A DNA stretch of 64,000 nt from an uncultured Chthonomonadaceae bacterium (GTDB taxonomy: Bacteria > Armatimonadota > Chthonomonadetes > Chthonomonadales > Chthonomonadaceae). The stretch spans positions 192,001 to 256,000 of the forward strand of contig CAWFQB010000003.1 in the NCBI GenBank assembly GCA_963817895.1, given 5' to 3'. The notes below the pieces were generated by a model. The model saw only the letters and a program-made list of their open reading frames with translations, had not been told where the DNA came from and ran no database searches. The translations under genes and the position numbers were made by a program. Shown here piece by piece: positions 8,674-19,760 of the stretch. Every line of letters starts with the position of its first letter. The stretch's first letter is position 1.

Positions 8674-10409
8674 TTAGCGCGGAACGATGACGCTGGCGGT
8701 AATGCTTTTGCCGTCAGGTTCATTTTCAAGGGTGAAGGTTCCGTACAGGTCGCCGCGCACGAGGGTTTCCACAATGGATAAGCCCAGGCTGTCACTGCTT
8801 TTGGGCGTGAAATTGGGGGGCAGGGGTTCGCCGTCGTTGGTGACGAAAACGCGCAGTTCGGTCGGGGTTTCGCCGAGAAAGATGTGGATGCGCCCGTCGT
8901 TGAGCGTTTTGAAGCCGTGTTCAACGGCGTTTTGCACCAGTTCATTGAGGACAAGCGCCATACTTGTGGCTTTGGCGAGCGGCAGAATAAAGTCGTCGCC
9001 CTCCACTGTGGTATAAATGGTTTTACCGGGCGGCACGACGGATTGCTGCGTGGCGTGAACGATGCTTTCCGCCACTTTTTTGATGCTCACCGTATCCAGA
9101 TCGTCGCGGGTCAGCAGTTCATGGACGCTGGAAATCGCCAGAATACGGTTCAGGGTGTCATTCAGCGCGTCTTCTACGGTGGTGTATTTGGAGTAGCGCA
9201 TTTCCAATCGCACCAGGCTGACGATCTGCTGCAAATTGTTCTTCACGCGGTGGTGCATCTCCGGAAATCACGGCGGATTTCACCATCAGCTTGGCGTGGT
9301 CCACGGCAAGCGCGGCCTGCGTCGCGAGCGCCTGCAAAATGGCAAGCTCTTCCATCGTGAACGTATGAATTTTTTCCGTGTAGCAGTTGAGCGCGCCAAT
9401 GGCCTGGCCCTTCATCATCAGGGGAATACTGGCAAGCGAATGGACGCCCGCCCGCTGCGCGATGTCGGGGAAATTGTAGTCCGGGGCTTTCTGCACGTCG
9501 GGCAGGGTAATAATGCGCTTTTCCGCCACCGCGCTACCCGCAACGCTTTCGCCCACTTTGAGATTGGGCTTTTTCGCGTATTCGTTGCTGGCGGCCTGCG
9601 TCGCCTTGATAATCAGTTCTTTCGATGTTTTCATCCACCAGCATCACGGTACAGATTTTGTACTGCATCGTGCGGGCGATCATCTGCACGAAAAGCGACA
9701 GCAGTTCCTCCAGATACATGTTGGAGGTAATCGCCTGACTGACTTCCGAAAGCGAATGAAGCTGCGTGGCGTGGCGTTCCAATTGCCGGAATCGGCGCGA
9801 TTTTTCGATTGCGCCCGCCACCTGATTGGCGATTCCCGACAGCAGCCGAACCTGATTTTGCGTGTATTCGCGGGGACGGCGCGTTCGCACATTGATAACG
9901 CCCAGAATCTCGCCCCGCGTGACAAGCGGAACCGACAGCATGGACTCGTATTCGCCCTCGTGCATTTCGGGGAAAGATTTGAAGCGGTGATCTTTATACG
10001 CTTTCTGGCTGACCAGAACCGGCTTGCGCTCGCGGGCCACCCAGCCCGTAATGCCTTCGCCCATCTTCAGGCGTATTTTGCCGACCATGTGCGCGAAGCT
10101 GGCATCCGCCGCCCGCAGCACCAGTTCATGCCGCGCTTTGTCAATCAGATACACCTGACAGGAATCGGTTTCCGTGATGCGAATGGCGATGTCGGCGGTG
10201 ACTTTGAGCATCTCCTCGGTATCGAAGGCCGATCCGGTCGCTTCCCCGACGCGCCGCAGTGCTTCGGATTCGCCGCGCTTTTCTTCCAGCTCGGCGCGTA
10301 ACTGCTGCTCGGTCAGCGTCAATTCGCGTATCAGGCGGTCACGGGCATCAAGTTCCTGTTGCAGCCGCGCCGCGTCCGGGTTGTCGCTGCGGCGCATTTC
10401 GGCAATCAT
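8674..10409 (-). CDS. Soluble two-GAF sensor histidine kinase (HisKA_2, PdtaS/EutW-like); two apparent frameshifts near 9630 and 9265
   Basis: Three overlapping ORFs: GAF1, GAF2, then EMHHRVKNNLQ, LNELVQNAVEHG, SLGLSIV. Confidence 0.9.
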
Positions 10410-10456
10410 TCGGCGGGCGCGCCAGGGGGCGCGAAGAGGGGGAGGTTTCATGGTGA

Positions 10457-10570
10457 GTAGATAGGTAGATAGGTAGATAGGTAGATAAGTAGATAGATAG
10501 GTAGATTACTCTGCTTGCCGGTCATTCATTGCATGAGGAATCCTACCTATCTACTTATCTACCTATCTAC
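10457..10570. repeat. Palindromic element built from (GTAGATAG)n and (CTATCTAC)n
   Basis: About 6 units at 10457-10506 and about 3.5 reverse-complement units at 10543-10570; both arms contain the GTAGATAA variant. Confidence 0.92.
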
Positions 10571-10574
10571 TTCC

Positions 10575-11156
10575 TCAAACATTGTGCGCAATGATAATGG
10601 CTTCGGCGATTTCGCGCATGGATTTGCGCGTGTTCATGCTTTGCACCTGAATGCGGCGGAAGGCTTCCTGCTCTTTGAGGCCGTATTGATCCATGAGAAT
10701 GCCCTTGGCGCGGTCTACGGATTTGCGGGTTTCCAGTTTGTCTTCCAGATCGGCGGCCTGCTCCTCGATGCGCTGAAACGCGCCCCATCGGGCAACGGCC
10801 ACTTCGATTTGCGGCATCAGGTCGGCCTCTTTGAACGGCTTGACCAGATAGGAAAAGACGCCCGCTTCTTTGGCGCGGTTGACCAGATCAAGCTGGCTGT
10901 ACGCCGTCAGCAGCAGAACGGGCGCGATTTTCTCTTCCGTGATGATTTTGGCGGCGTCAATCCCGTCCATTTCCGGCATTTTGATGTCCAGAATAATCAC
11001 GTCCGGCTTGAGGGTGCGGGCGGCTTCCAGAGCGCGCGCGCCGTCGCCGGCCTCGCCAACCACGTCGTACCCGCAGTCTTCCAGCATTTTTTTCAAATCC
11101 AGGCGTATAATAGGTTCGTCATCTGCAATTACAATGCGTAACCGTGTCTCGTTCAC
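10575..11156 (-). CDS. ANTAR-domain response regulator (PdtaR/EutV-like)
   Basis: REC (IADDEPIIRLDL, LDIKMP, YLVKPF) plus ANTAR (RKSVDRAKGILMDQYGLKEQEAFRRIQVQSMNTRKSM). Confidence 0.95.
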   Translation of the reverse strand: MNETRLRIVIADDEPIIRLDLKKMLEDCGYDVVGEAGDGARALEAARTLKPDVIILDIKMPEMDGIDAAKIITEEKIAPVLLLTAYSQLDLVNRAKEAGVFSYLVKPFKEADLMPQIEVAVARWGAFQRIEEQAADLEDKLETRKSVDRAKGILMDQYGLKEQEAFRRIQVQSMNTRKSMREIAEAIIIAHNV

Positions 11157-11543
11157 GATGATTCTCCGGGTGAGGTCGGTGTTCAGGGTTTCAGTGTTCG
11201 GGTGTTGCGTATCTTATGTATAAGCGTTGACGGCGGGAACGTGAACATCGGAAAAGGTTCAAACCTGCCTCCGCAGCCGGAACGCCAATGCTTAGAGCAT
11301 TATGAAGGAATGTGACAACAGGGAGGGGCGGGGGCGCAGAGGACAGCAATGTCCCTGTCATCTACCATCGCGCATTTGCCGTAAACAGGCGGAACATGCG
11401 CAGATGTATGGCAGGAATTAGGCCGTCAAGAGAAAGAGCGGCTTCAGCATTGAAACCACGCGAATTGTGCGGAAAAAGGCTGCTATCCACGTTTAAACGC
11501 AGACAGGCAGATAAGAGTCAGTTCATAGTCGCAAAAACATCAC

Positions 11544-11572
11544 TTGACGCTGACACGCAGTTATTATATAAT
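11544..11572 (+). promoter_or_regulatory. Sigma70-type promoter
   Basis: TTGACG-17 bp-TATAAT upstream of the 11736 ORF. Confidence 0.7.
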
Positions 11573-11735
11573 ATCCGAACCCGTTTTGTCAAAGTTCTGA
11601 CGCAGTTTTGTTGCCACTACACGCGAAAAACTCACAAGATCGCATAAATATCAGGTAATAGCCACTATCTGATTCAGTTGCGCTACGTTAAAGACTGAAC
11701 GCCCCACCAATACGAAAACAGAATTCAATCAATTC

Positions 11736-12803
11736 TTGGATGAATCAAAGCCGATGGACAATTTACCTGCCGAGTCAAGCGACATCACGCCGAAAGCGTC
11801 TCATGCGGTTTCCCCCGAAGAGGCCGCAGCGCTGTATGCGCCCACCGCTCCCGAAAATAAAATAAACGAGGATCAAAATGCGGGTGGGGGCGAGGAATGG
11901 ATCGCGCCGAATCGCCTGCTGTCCAAACCCGGCATGGAGGGCTGGTACGCTATTGCCACCGCGCTGCTGTATCTGGTGTTTTTTCGAGTGTCTACTCTCC
12001 TGCCGTTTACCGTCACCTCTACAATTTTCGTGACGCTTGCGGCAATGGTGCTGATGCTCGTGTTTACGGTTCGCGTCGCCCGCGCTCTGATTGCCCCTCG
12101 CGTTCTGGAATGGAACTTTGCGCTGGCGGGCGTGTTCGCGTTCCCGCTGATTGGCGTTCCCATTCTGTTCATGCTGATACCGTTTTGGAGTGGCTGGCCG
12201 CTAGTGGGGCCAATGTACAAGCAGTATGTGAGTTTGCTGGCGCACGTAATGGGCTTGAAAGAATTACTGGTGATGTGGCTTGCGGCCTGCGTGGGCGTAG
12301 GCATTTCGCGTATCGTGAAAGAGATGAAATTGCTGTTGCCCGCCGGCGTGGTATTGGGTCTGGTGGATATGTTGGCGGTGTTCAGCAATGTGGGCGTGGT
12401 CAATCAGGCAATGACCGGCAAATCGCAATTAGCGCAGGTTGCCATGACTGCGCTGACCGTGAAAATGCCGGCTACTCATGCCACAAGCGGTTCGCCGCCC
12501 CTGCAACTGCAAATCGGCTTTGCGGACTTCCTGTTTATCGCGCTGTTCTTCGCCTGCTTCAAGCGGTTCCGCGTACCGGCCTGGAACACGTTCGTCGTTC
12601 TGTGCGCCGTGTTGTCGCTGTACATGCTGATTGTGGCGTTCACGGCGACCGCGCTGCCCGCCCTCGTTCCCATCGGAGTTGTCGTCATCGGCATGAACCT
12701 GCGCCAGTTCCGCTACGACCGCAGCGAAGCGTTCGCCCTGCTCTACGCCGCCCTGATTGTGGGCGCAGCGGTCGGCGCGTTCTGGCTCATCAAGCATAAG
12801 TAG
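11736..12803 (+). CDS. Multi-pass membrane protein, presenilin/signal-peptide-peptidase (A22)-like aspartyl protease candidate
   Basis: About 9 hydrophobic segments; LVDMLAVF (D211), IGFADFLF (D264), LPALVP (PAL 308-310). Confidence 0.65.
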   Translation: MDESKPMDNLPAESSDITPKASHAVSPEEAAALYAPTAPENKINEDQNAGGGEEWIAPNRLLSKPGMEGWYAIATALLYLVFFRVSTLLPFTVTSTIFVTLAAMVLMLVFTVRVARALIAPRVLEWNFALAGVFAFPLIGVPILFMLIPFWSGWPLVGPMYKQYVSLLAHVMGLKELLVMWLAACVGVGISRIVKEMKLLLPAGVVLGLVDMLAVFSNVGVVNQAMTGKSQLAQVAMTALTVKMPATHATSGSPPLQLQIGFADFLFIALFFACFKRFRVPAWNTFVVLCAVLSLYMLIVAFTATALPALVPIGVVVIGMNLRQFRYDRSEAFALLYAALIVGAAVGAFWLIKHK

Positions 12804-12833
12804 ACAGGGAATAACATGGTGAAGTGAACGGCT

Positions 12834-13752
12834 TCACGCGGCAGGCGTTTCTCCCACGCTGTCCAACCGCTTTTTGGCTTCGGCATAAACATCCGGGGAT
12901 AACGGCCCACGCGCGGCAATGGCAATGTTCTCCTGCAAGTGTTCGGGGATCAGCGTGCCGACAATCGTGGTGTGGATGTCGGGGTGCGACGAGCAGGAAG
13001 CGCAGCAGGAAACCGCTGCGGCTTTCGCCCTCTTCGCGCAGTTCGTCCATTTTGGCGTCCTCGAACTTCTTCCAGCGGTCCTGATTGCCCAGGCCCGACG
13101 CCGGGTTCGCCCCGCGCCACGCCGCCCCGGTCAATGATGCCCGCGCCCGCCTGCGCCGCGTGGGTGATCACGTTTTCGTGCTGCCGCTCCAGGCCGGAAT
13201 AGGGAATCTGGAACACGTCGAATACGCCCTGCTCGATGTAGGTCGTGATGTGCGGCAGGGTGGAGGAGCAGCCGATCCAGCGCACTTTGCCCTGCTGCTT
13301 CATCTCCTGCAAAACCGCGACGAGATCGCCCTGCTCCACCTGCTCCACGCTCGGATTGTGCAGTTGCATCACGTCCACATAGTCCGTTTTCATCCGTTCC
13401 AGGCTCTCGTGCAGGCCGCGAAACAGGTTTTCGCGCGTCCAGACGTGGGGCGTCTCGTCCGTGTTCTCGTCCTTGTGAACGACCGTACAGCCGCATTTGC
13501 GTGGCGAGGTAAAACTCGCTGCGCCGCTTGCTGATGATATTTGCCGATAAACTCCTCGCTGCGCCCGTAGTCGTTGGCCGTATCAATGAAGTTGATGCCC
13601 GCGTCCAGCACGGCGTTCAGAATCGTATCAGCCTGCTCTTCCGTGACCGGGCGCCCGCCCCAGATGCGCGAGCCGCGCACTTCCATCGCGCCATAGCCCA
13701 GCGCAGTCACTTCCAGCCCCGTGCGTCCCAATGTTCGTTTTTCCAGTGCCAT
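12834..13752 (-). CDS. Aldo/keto reductase, several apparent frameshifts
   Basis: KRTLGRTGLEVTALGYGAME, GINFIDTANDYGRSEE, TDYVDVMQLH, QGKVRWIG; C-terminus HPDIHTTIVGT...LQEN in another frame. Confidence 0.88.
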
Positions 13753-13780
13753 TGTTTGAAACTCCTTTGTTGTGTTGAAA

Positions 13781-13827
13781 AGCCCTCATCCCGGCCCTAT
13801 CTCCCCAGTTATGGCAGAAGGGCGGAG
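13781..13827. repeat. REP-like hairpin (CCCTCAYCCC...CTCCC...GGG)
   Basis: Resembles the reverse complement of 14865-14887. Confidence 0.5.
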
Positions 13828-13863
13828 TATCGTTGCTTTATGGTTCAATCTATTCGGCAGTCG

Positions 13864-14743
13864 TCAGGATGCGACGGATAGATCGGAGGGCGTCCAGAGC
13901 GCGCGCACATCTTCGCCGCGCGTCGTTCGCGCCTGTAAGTCGTGCAGGAACTCCACAAACCCGTATTTCGGCTCCCAGCCCGTCAGCGTCTTTCGCTTCC
14001 GAAAGGTCGTGCTGCTCCACGCTTTCGGGCAGGGAAATGTCGTACTGCTGTCAGCAACTGCGCCGCGCCGGGAACCTGCGTTTCGCACCAGTCCGGGCCA
14101 TGCCGCCGGAAATCGGCGCGGACCGCTTCGGGCACCCGTGATTGGTATGCACGATGGTGCGAAACAGTCCGATACCGCTTTTCCACCGCCGCCTGCAGAG
14201 CGGCAACCGTCGCGTCCGCCACATCGCGCCGATCCACGCCGTTGCGCAGCAGTTTCGCGCCGAACGCCAGATAGGGTTTGGGAACGAAGTCGTGATAGCG
14301 CAGCATGGCGACGGACGCTCCGGTCATTTCGTGGTACATGCGGCACAGGTCTTCCCCGATCACTTTGGTGACGCCGTACACGCCGCCCCAGCCGATACGC
14401 CATCGACGAGGCATACACGACCGCCTGAATTTTCTGCTCCCGGCAGGCTTCAAACAGGTTGAACGTGCCGTCCACATTCACGGCGAAAATCGTCGCGTCG
14501 CTGACGGGCGGCATGATGGGCGCAGTGCCAGGCCGCCAGATGAATCACGGCATCCATGCCCTGCACCGCCTGCCGCGCATCGTCCGGCGTGCGCGTGTCA
14601 CAGCGGACAAACTCGCCCAACCCGCGATACTCTGCCGGTGGCGGCATCACATCCGCCATGCGAATCTCCGCGCCCGTTGCCGCCAATGCGCGGCAGGTCG
14701 CCTGCCCCGCATTGCCTGCCGCGCCCGTTACCAGCACTTTCAT
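13864..14743 (-). CDS. NAD-dependent epimerase/dehydratase (extended SDR), frameshifted
   Basis: MKVLVTGAAGNAG, DAVIHLAA, VNVDGTFNLFEAC, YASS, YGVTK spread across frames. Confidence 0.85.
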
Positions 14744-14825
14744 AATTGTTTTGTCCTTTGTTCTGCCGTTCCGAAGAAGCTCTGAATGTCATGCACGGGC
14801 ATTGACAATAAGGCAAGCAAGTGAC

Positions 14826-14887
14826 TTCCCTCGCTTAAGAACATTGTTCATCTCCAGGCTCTTTAGGAGAGGGATTGGGGTGAGGCT
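14826..14887. repeat. REP-like element, inverted partner of 13781-13827
   Basis: AGGAGAGGGATTGGGGTGAGGCT; TTCCCTC at 14826 can pair with GAGGGA. Confidence 0.5.
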
Positions 14888-14889
14888 GT

Positions 14890-15724
14890 CTACTTCGCCT
14901 CTTCCGGGCTGTGTTCGCGCAGCCAGACGCGCAGCGGAACGTCTTCATCGGTGGGCGAGTAAAAGCCGTTGGCGTTGACGCCCCAGCCGAGCATCTGCCG
15001 CCGTATCGGGTCGCTTTGCTCCCACAGGCTTTGCACGGTCATGTCGTCTTTGGTGCGAATCCAGCGATAGCCGTAGCCATAAAACAGCACTTTGCGCGTG
15101 ACATCCGACCAGTTGGGACTGGCCGAATGCCACAGACGGCGGTCGAAGAACACCGCTGTTCCCGGTTTGGCGAGAACCGGAACCGCGCCCTTCGGCTGCC
15201 CGATGCCGTCGGGTGAGCGCGTTTGCGTGTCGTCCAGATGGCTGCCCGGAACGACCCAGAAGTTGCCGCGCCCCGGTTCGCTCGTGTCGGAAAGGAAGAA
15301 CGCCACTTTCAGCGACAGGCGCGGGCGCGGATGGCTTTCGATCTCCTGATTGACGCGCCCGCTGTCCTGATGCCAGCCGAACGTTTTGTCGTCCCGTTCC
15401 TGCCCGGAAGGCGGCGTGACGATGAGGTGCGCGTGGTACAGATAGATGTTCCAGCCGAGCAGTCCCCACACTTTGGGCAGCGTTTTGGGATAATCCACCA
15501 GATCGGCAAACAGCGGGATCGTCGGGAATGAAGTTGGGGTAAAACAGCGATTTGCGCGGGTCGTGTCCCTGTTCCAGTTTCTGCGCGAAAATGCGGTCGG
15601 AGGCGTTTGTCAGAGCGGCGACTTGCGCGGGCGACAGGGCGTTTTCCACCATCAGCAGGCCGGTTTCATTGAAGGCGCGTTTCTCCTCGTCGGTGAGGCG
15701 ATATTGCAGGCAATCTGGCTGCAC
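14890..15724 (-). CDS. Phytanoyl-CoA dioxygenase (PhyH) family Fe(II)/2-oxoglutarate dioxygenase, one frameshift near 15510
   Basis: LTDEEKRAFNETGLLMVENALS; WHQD; VVPGSH; GTAVFFDRRLWHSASPN; AAGGAG RBS before GTG. Confidence 0.88.
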
Positions 15725-15913
15725 GGCGTTCTCCTTTACGTGGCGGAACCACACGGCTCTCGATATTCCTGTGGATGGAGTTCACCTTTACGCTTTGGTT
15801 TTCCTGCTAACTCTTATCCGCATCACGCGCCATTACGTCAACACATCGCCAATGGAGAAGCGCATGAGGCAACTTTTTTGCCACATTTTTGTCTTTTGAG
15901 CGTCAAAGCGATT

Positions 15914-18325
15914 ATGTTATTCAGTAAATTGACGCGCCGCGCGTTGGAATGGCGGCGGCTCCTGCTATCTTAATAGGGCTTGCGTGGACACTGCCTGCCG
16001 ATGCGGGACAGGGCAAAACGTCTGCGCCTGTCAGCGGCGAAAAGGTATATCAATTGCGCTGCGCGTCCTGTCATGGCGCGAAGGGCGAGGGCGCGAAGGC
16101 GTATCCGAAACCGCTTGCCGGCAGTCGCTCCGTAAACGAACTGTCGCGCTTTATCGCGCAGTCCATGCCGCCCGGTCCGCGCAAATGCCCCGCGCCCGAA
16201 GCGCAGAAAGTGGCGGCGTATGTCTACGACGCGTTTTATTCCCCGCTGGCGCAGGCGCGGAACAAGCCCGCCCGCGTTGCCCTGTCCCGCCTGACCGTGC
16301 CGCAATTCCGCAACGCCGTCGCTGATCTGATTGGCGCGTATCACGCCGCGATTCCTGCCGAAACAAAGCGCGGACTTGCAGGGCGCGTATTTCAAGGCGC
16401 AGCGATTCGACAACGGGGATCGCCTGTTACAGCGCGTTGACAATGAAGTCAAATTCGATTTCGGAACGTCCGGCCCGGTTGCCGAACAGTTCGATCCGCA
16501 CCATTTTTCCATTCGCTGGGAGGGCAGCGTACTGGCCCCGGATACGGGCGAGTACGAGTTTGTTGTCCAGTTCCGACCATGCGGTTCGCCTGTGGGTCAA
16601 CGGCAACGCGCAGCCGCTGATTGACGCCTGGGTGAAATCCGGCAAAGACAACGAGTTTCACGGCGTCGTTTACCCTGCTCGGCGGACGCGCGTATCCCCT
16701 GCGCCTGGAATTTTCCAAATCCACGCAGGGCGTAGACGACTCGGAAAAGAAAAAGGGCAAGCCCGCGCCGCCCGCGTTCGGTTGAATTGCTGTGGAAGCG
16801 CCCGAAGCAGGCGATGGAAACCGTTCCGCACGCGCTGTTTGTTCCCGGCTCTCACGCCCGAAACCTTTGTCGTGTTCACGCGCTTTCCGCCGGATGACCG
16901 CAGCATCGGCTACGAGCGCGGCACGTCCGTTTCCAAAGCGTGGGAGGAAGCGACAACCGCTGCCGCGCTGGAAACCGCCGCGTATGTAAATGAGCATCTT
17001 GCTGAACTTTCCGGCGTGAAGAGCGGACGCGCCGGATCGCAAAGCGAAATTGCAGGCGTTTTGTCGTCAGTTTGTGGAACGCGCCCTGCGCCGACCCGCT
17101 GACGGACGATGTCGCGCAGTTTTATATGGAGAAACAGTTCCGAACCGCGCCCGATGTGGAAACCGCTGTCAAGCGCGTGGTTATCCTGACCCTGCTTTCG
17201 CCCCGGTTCCTGTACCGGGAAAGCGAGGCGCGTCCCAACGATGCTTACGATACGGCGTCCCGGCTGTCGTTCGGACTGTGGGACACGTTGCCCGATGCGG
17301 AACTGCTGAAAGCGGCAAGCGAGAACCGCCTTGTCACGCGGGAACAGATCGCGCGACAGGCCGAGCGCATGGCTGCCGACCCGCGCGCCTGGAACAAACT
17401 GCGCGCGTTTCTGCTGTTCTGGCTGAAAGTGGATCAGGTTCCCGACTTAGCCAAAAACCCGAAAAAGTATCCCGACTTCGATCCCGCCGTCGCTTCCGAC
17501 CTGCGCGCGTCGCTGGAACTGTTTCTGGAAAATACGGCCTGGGGCGACAAGTCGGATTACCGGGAACTGATGACGGCGCGAACCGTGTTCCTGAACGGGC
17601 GACTGGCAAAACTTTACGGCGTCAACCTTCCCGCCGACGCGCCGTTTCAGCCCGTGACGCTGGATGCAGCGGAGCGTTCCGGCGTGCTGACCCAGCCCTA
17701 TCTGCTGTCGAGTTTCGCGTATTTGGATACCAGTTCTCCCATTCACCGGGGCGTTCTCGTGGCGCGAAACCTGCTCGGCCGCGACTCTCAGCCCGCCGCC
17801 CGCCGCGTTCGCGCCGCTTGCCGCCGACCTGCACCCGGACATGACGACCCGGCAGCGCGTGGAACTGCAAACCAAACCCGCCGCCTGCAGCGGCTGTCAC
17901 AACCTGATCAACCCGCTCGGCTTCACGCTGGAAAAGTTCGATGCCATCGGGCGCTTGCGGGACAAAGAGAACGGGCAGGCCGTAGACGCGACCGGCAGTT
18001 ACCGGTCGCGGAGTGGCAGACTGGTAAAGTTCGCTTCCGCAATGCAGTTGGGCCGGTATCTCGCCGACAGCGACGAAGCCCACGCCGCGTTTGTGGAAAA
18101 ATTGTTTCAGCATCTGGTGAAGCAGCCCGATTTGGCGTATGGCCCGCAATACGCTGCCCACTTTGGAGCGCAATTTCGCCGCAAATCAGTATAATATTCG
18201 TAAGCTGATGGCTGATATTATGGTGAACTCCATAGCCGCGCCAACTACGCCGCCGAAAGAACAACCAAAAACCAAACAATCGCAGGATAATCACCTGTCG
18301 CTCAATAGTGGAGAGAAACAATTGA
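15914..18325 (+). CDS. Cytochrome c / PA14 / DUF1592-DUF1588 protein, multiple frameshifts; ends approximate
   Basis: [38 protein letters not shown] (PA14); [58 protein letters not shown]. Confidence 0.85.
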
Positions 18326-19655
18326 ATCATTCCAATAGCCGACGCGCGTTTTTGCGCGACATGGGACTCAGCGCGGCGGCATTGCCGTTTCTGACCAATC
18401 TGCCGTGCCTTGCCGCGCCGGGGAGTGGCGGCAAAACGCGGCGCAAGCAGCGCATCGTCATCATGTTCAGCCCGGACGGGATTGTTCCCAATACGTTCTG
18501 GCCGGACGAGGAGGGCGAAGCCTTCACGCTCAAAGAGAGCCTGAAGCCGCTGGAACCCTTCAAAAACAAAACGCTGACCCTGAAGGGCATTGGGGACCGG
18601 ATTCGCGGCGATGGCGACGGCCACATGCGCGGCATCGGCTGCCTGCTCACGGGCATTGAACTGTTTCCCGGCAACGTGCAGGGCGGTTCGGACACGCCTG
18701 CCGGCTGGTCGAGCGGCATCTCCATTGATCAGGAGATCAAGAACTATTTGCAGGCGGACGCGGCCACGCGTACGCGCTTCGGCTCGCTGGAATTCGGCGT
18801 GATGGTTCCCGACCGGGCGGATACCTGGACGCGCATGTCCTACGCCGGCCCGAACAAGCCCATCGCGCCCATTGACGACCCGTACCAGATGTTCGGCAAA
18901 CTGTACGGGCAGGTGAAAGATCAGGAAACGCTGAAAAGCGTTCTGGACGATCTAGGGGCGGATTTGGCGAAGGTGCGGGCGCGAGTGGGCGCGCAGGATC
19001 GGCAGATTCTGGACGAACACACCACCCTCGTGCGCGAAATGGAGCAGGAGATTCGCGCCGCCAAAGTCCGGCAGCGTGGGCCATGCGGTTCCGGTTCTGG
19101 AGCCGGGCGTTCGGCGGGACAACGACAACATTCCGCAGATCAGCAAGCTGCAAATTGATCTGCTGGTGAACAACTTCGCGGCGGATTTTTCCCGCGTCGC
19201 CACGCTGCAATACACCAATTCGGTCGGGCAGGCGCGTATGCGCTGGCTCGGCATCAACGAGGGGCAGCACGACCTGTCGCATCAGCCGGACAGCGACGCG
19301 AGCGCGCAGGAGAAATTGACCCGCATCAACCAGTGGTATTGCGAGCCAACTGGCGTATCTGGCCAAACGGCTGGCCGAAACGCCGGAACCGGGCGGAACC
19401 GGCAGCCTGCTGGACAACACGCTGCTCATCTGGACAAACGAACTGGGCAAGGGCAATTCGCACACGCTGGACGATATTCCGTTCGTGCTCGTCGGCAACG
19501 GCCTGGACTTCAAGATGGGGCGTTCGCTCAAATACGCGCATGTGCCGCACAACCGCCTGCTGCTGTCCCTCGCGCATGGCTTCGGGCATCGCATAGAGCG
19601 CTTCGGCAACCCCGACTACTGCGCCGACGGCCCGCTTTCCAATCTCACGGGGTAA
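18322..19655 (+). CDS. DUF1552 family protein with Tat-like signal, two frameshifts
   Basis: [57 protein letters not shown]. Confidence 0.85.
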
Positions 19656-19694
19656 ACCTGCGAATAGATTCTTTTTATCTTTCTCAGTAACAGA

Positions 19695-19745
19695 AGCCTT
19701 TCCAAACGAGGAAAACCATACTTGTTCGGAAAGGCTATTGTTTGG
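19695..19745. terminator. Probable terminator between convergent genes
   Basis: AGCCTTTCC/GGAAAGGCT stem then ATTGTTT. Confidence 0.6.
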
Positions 19746-19760
19746 CCTTATTCCTTCAGC

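Noticed and set aside
8595..8954. N-terminal extension of the 194-aa ORF 8370-8954
   Set aside because: Out-of-frame overlap with the kinase; the DUF433 gene has its own RBS and ATG at 8594.
8674..19655. Programmed frameshifting or phase variation
   Set aside because: Too many shifts per gene and no recurring slippery motif or long homopolymer; assembly error is simpler.
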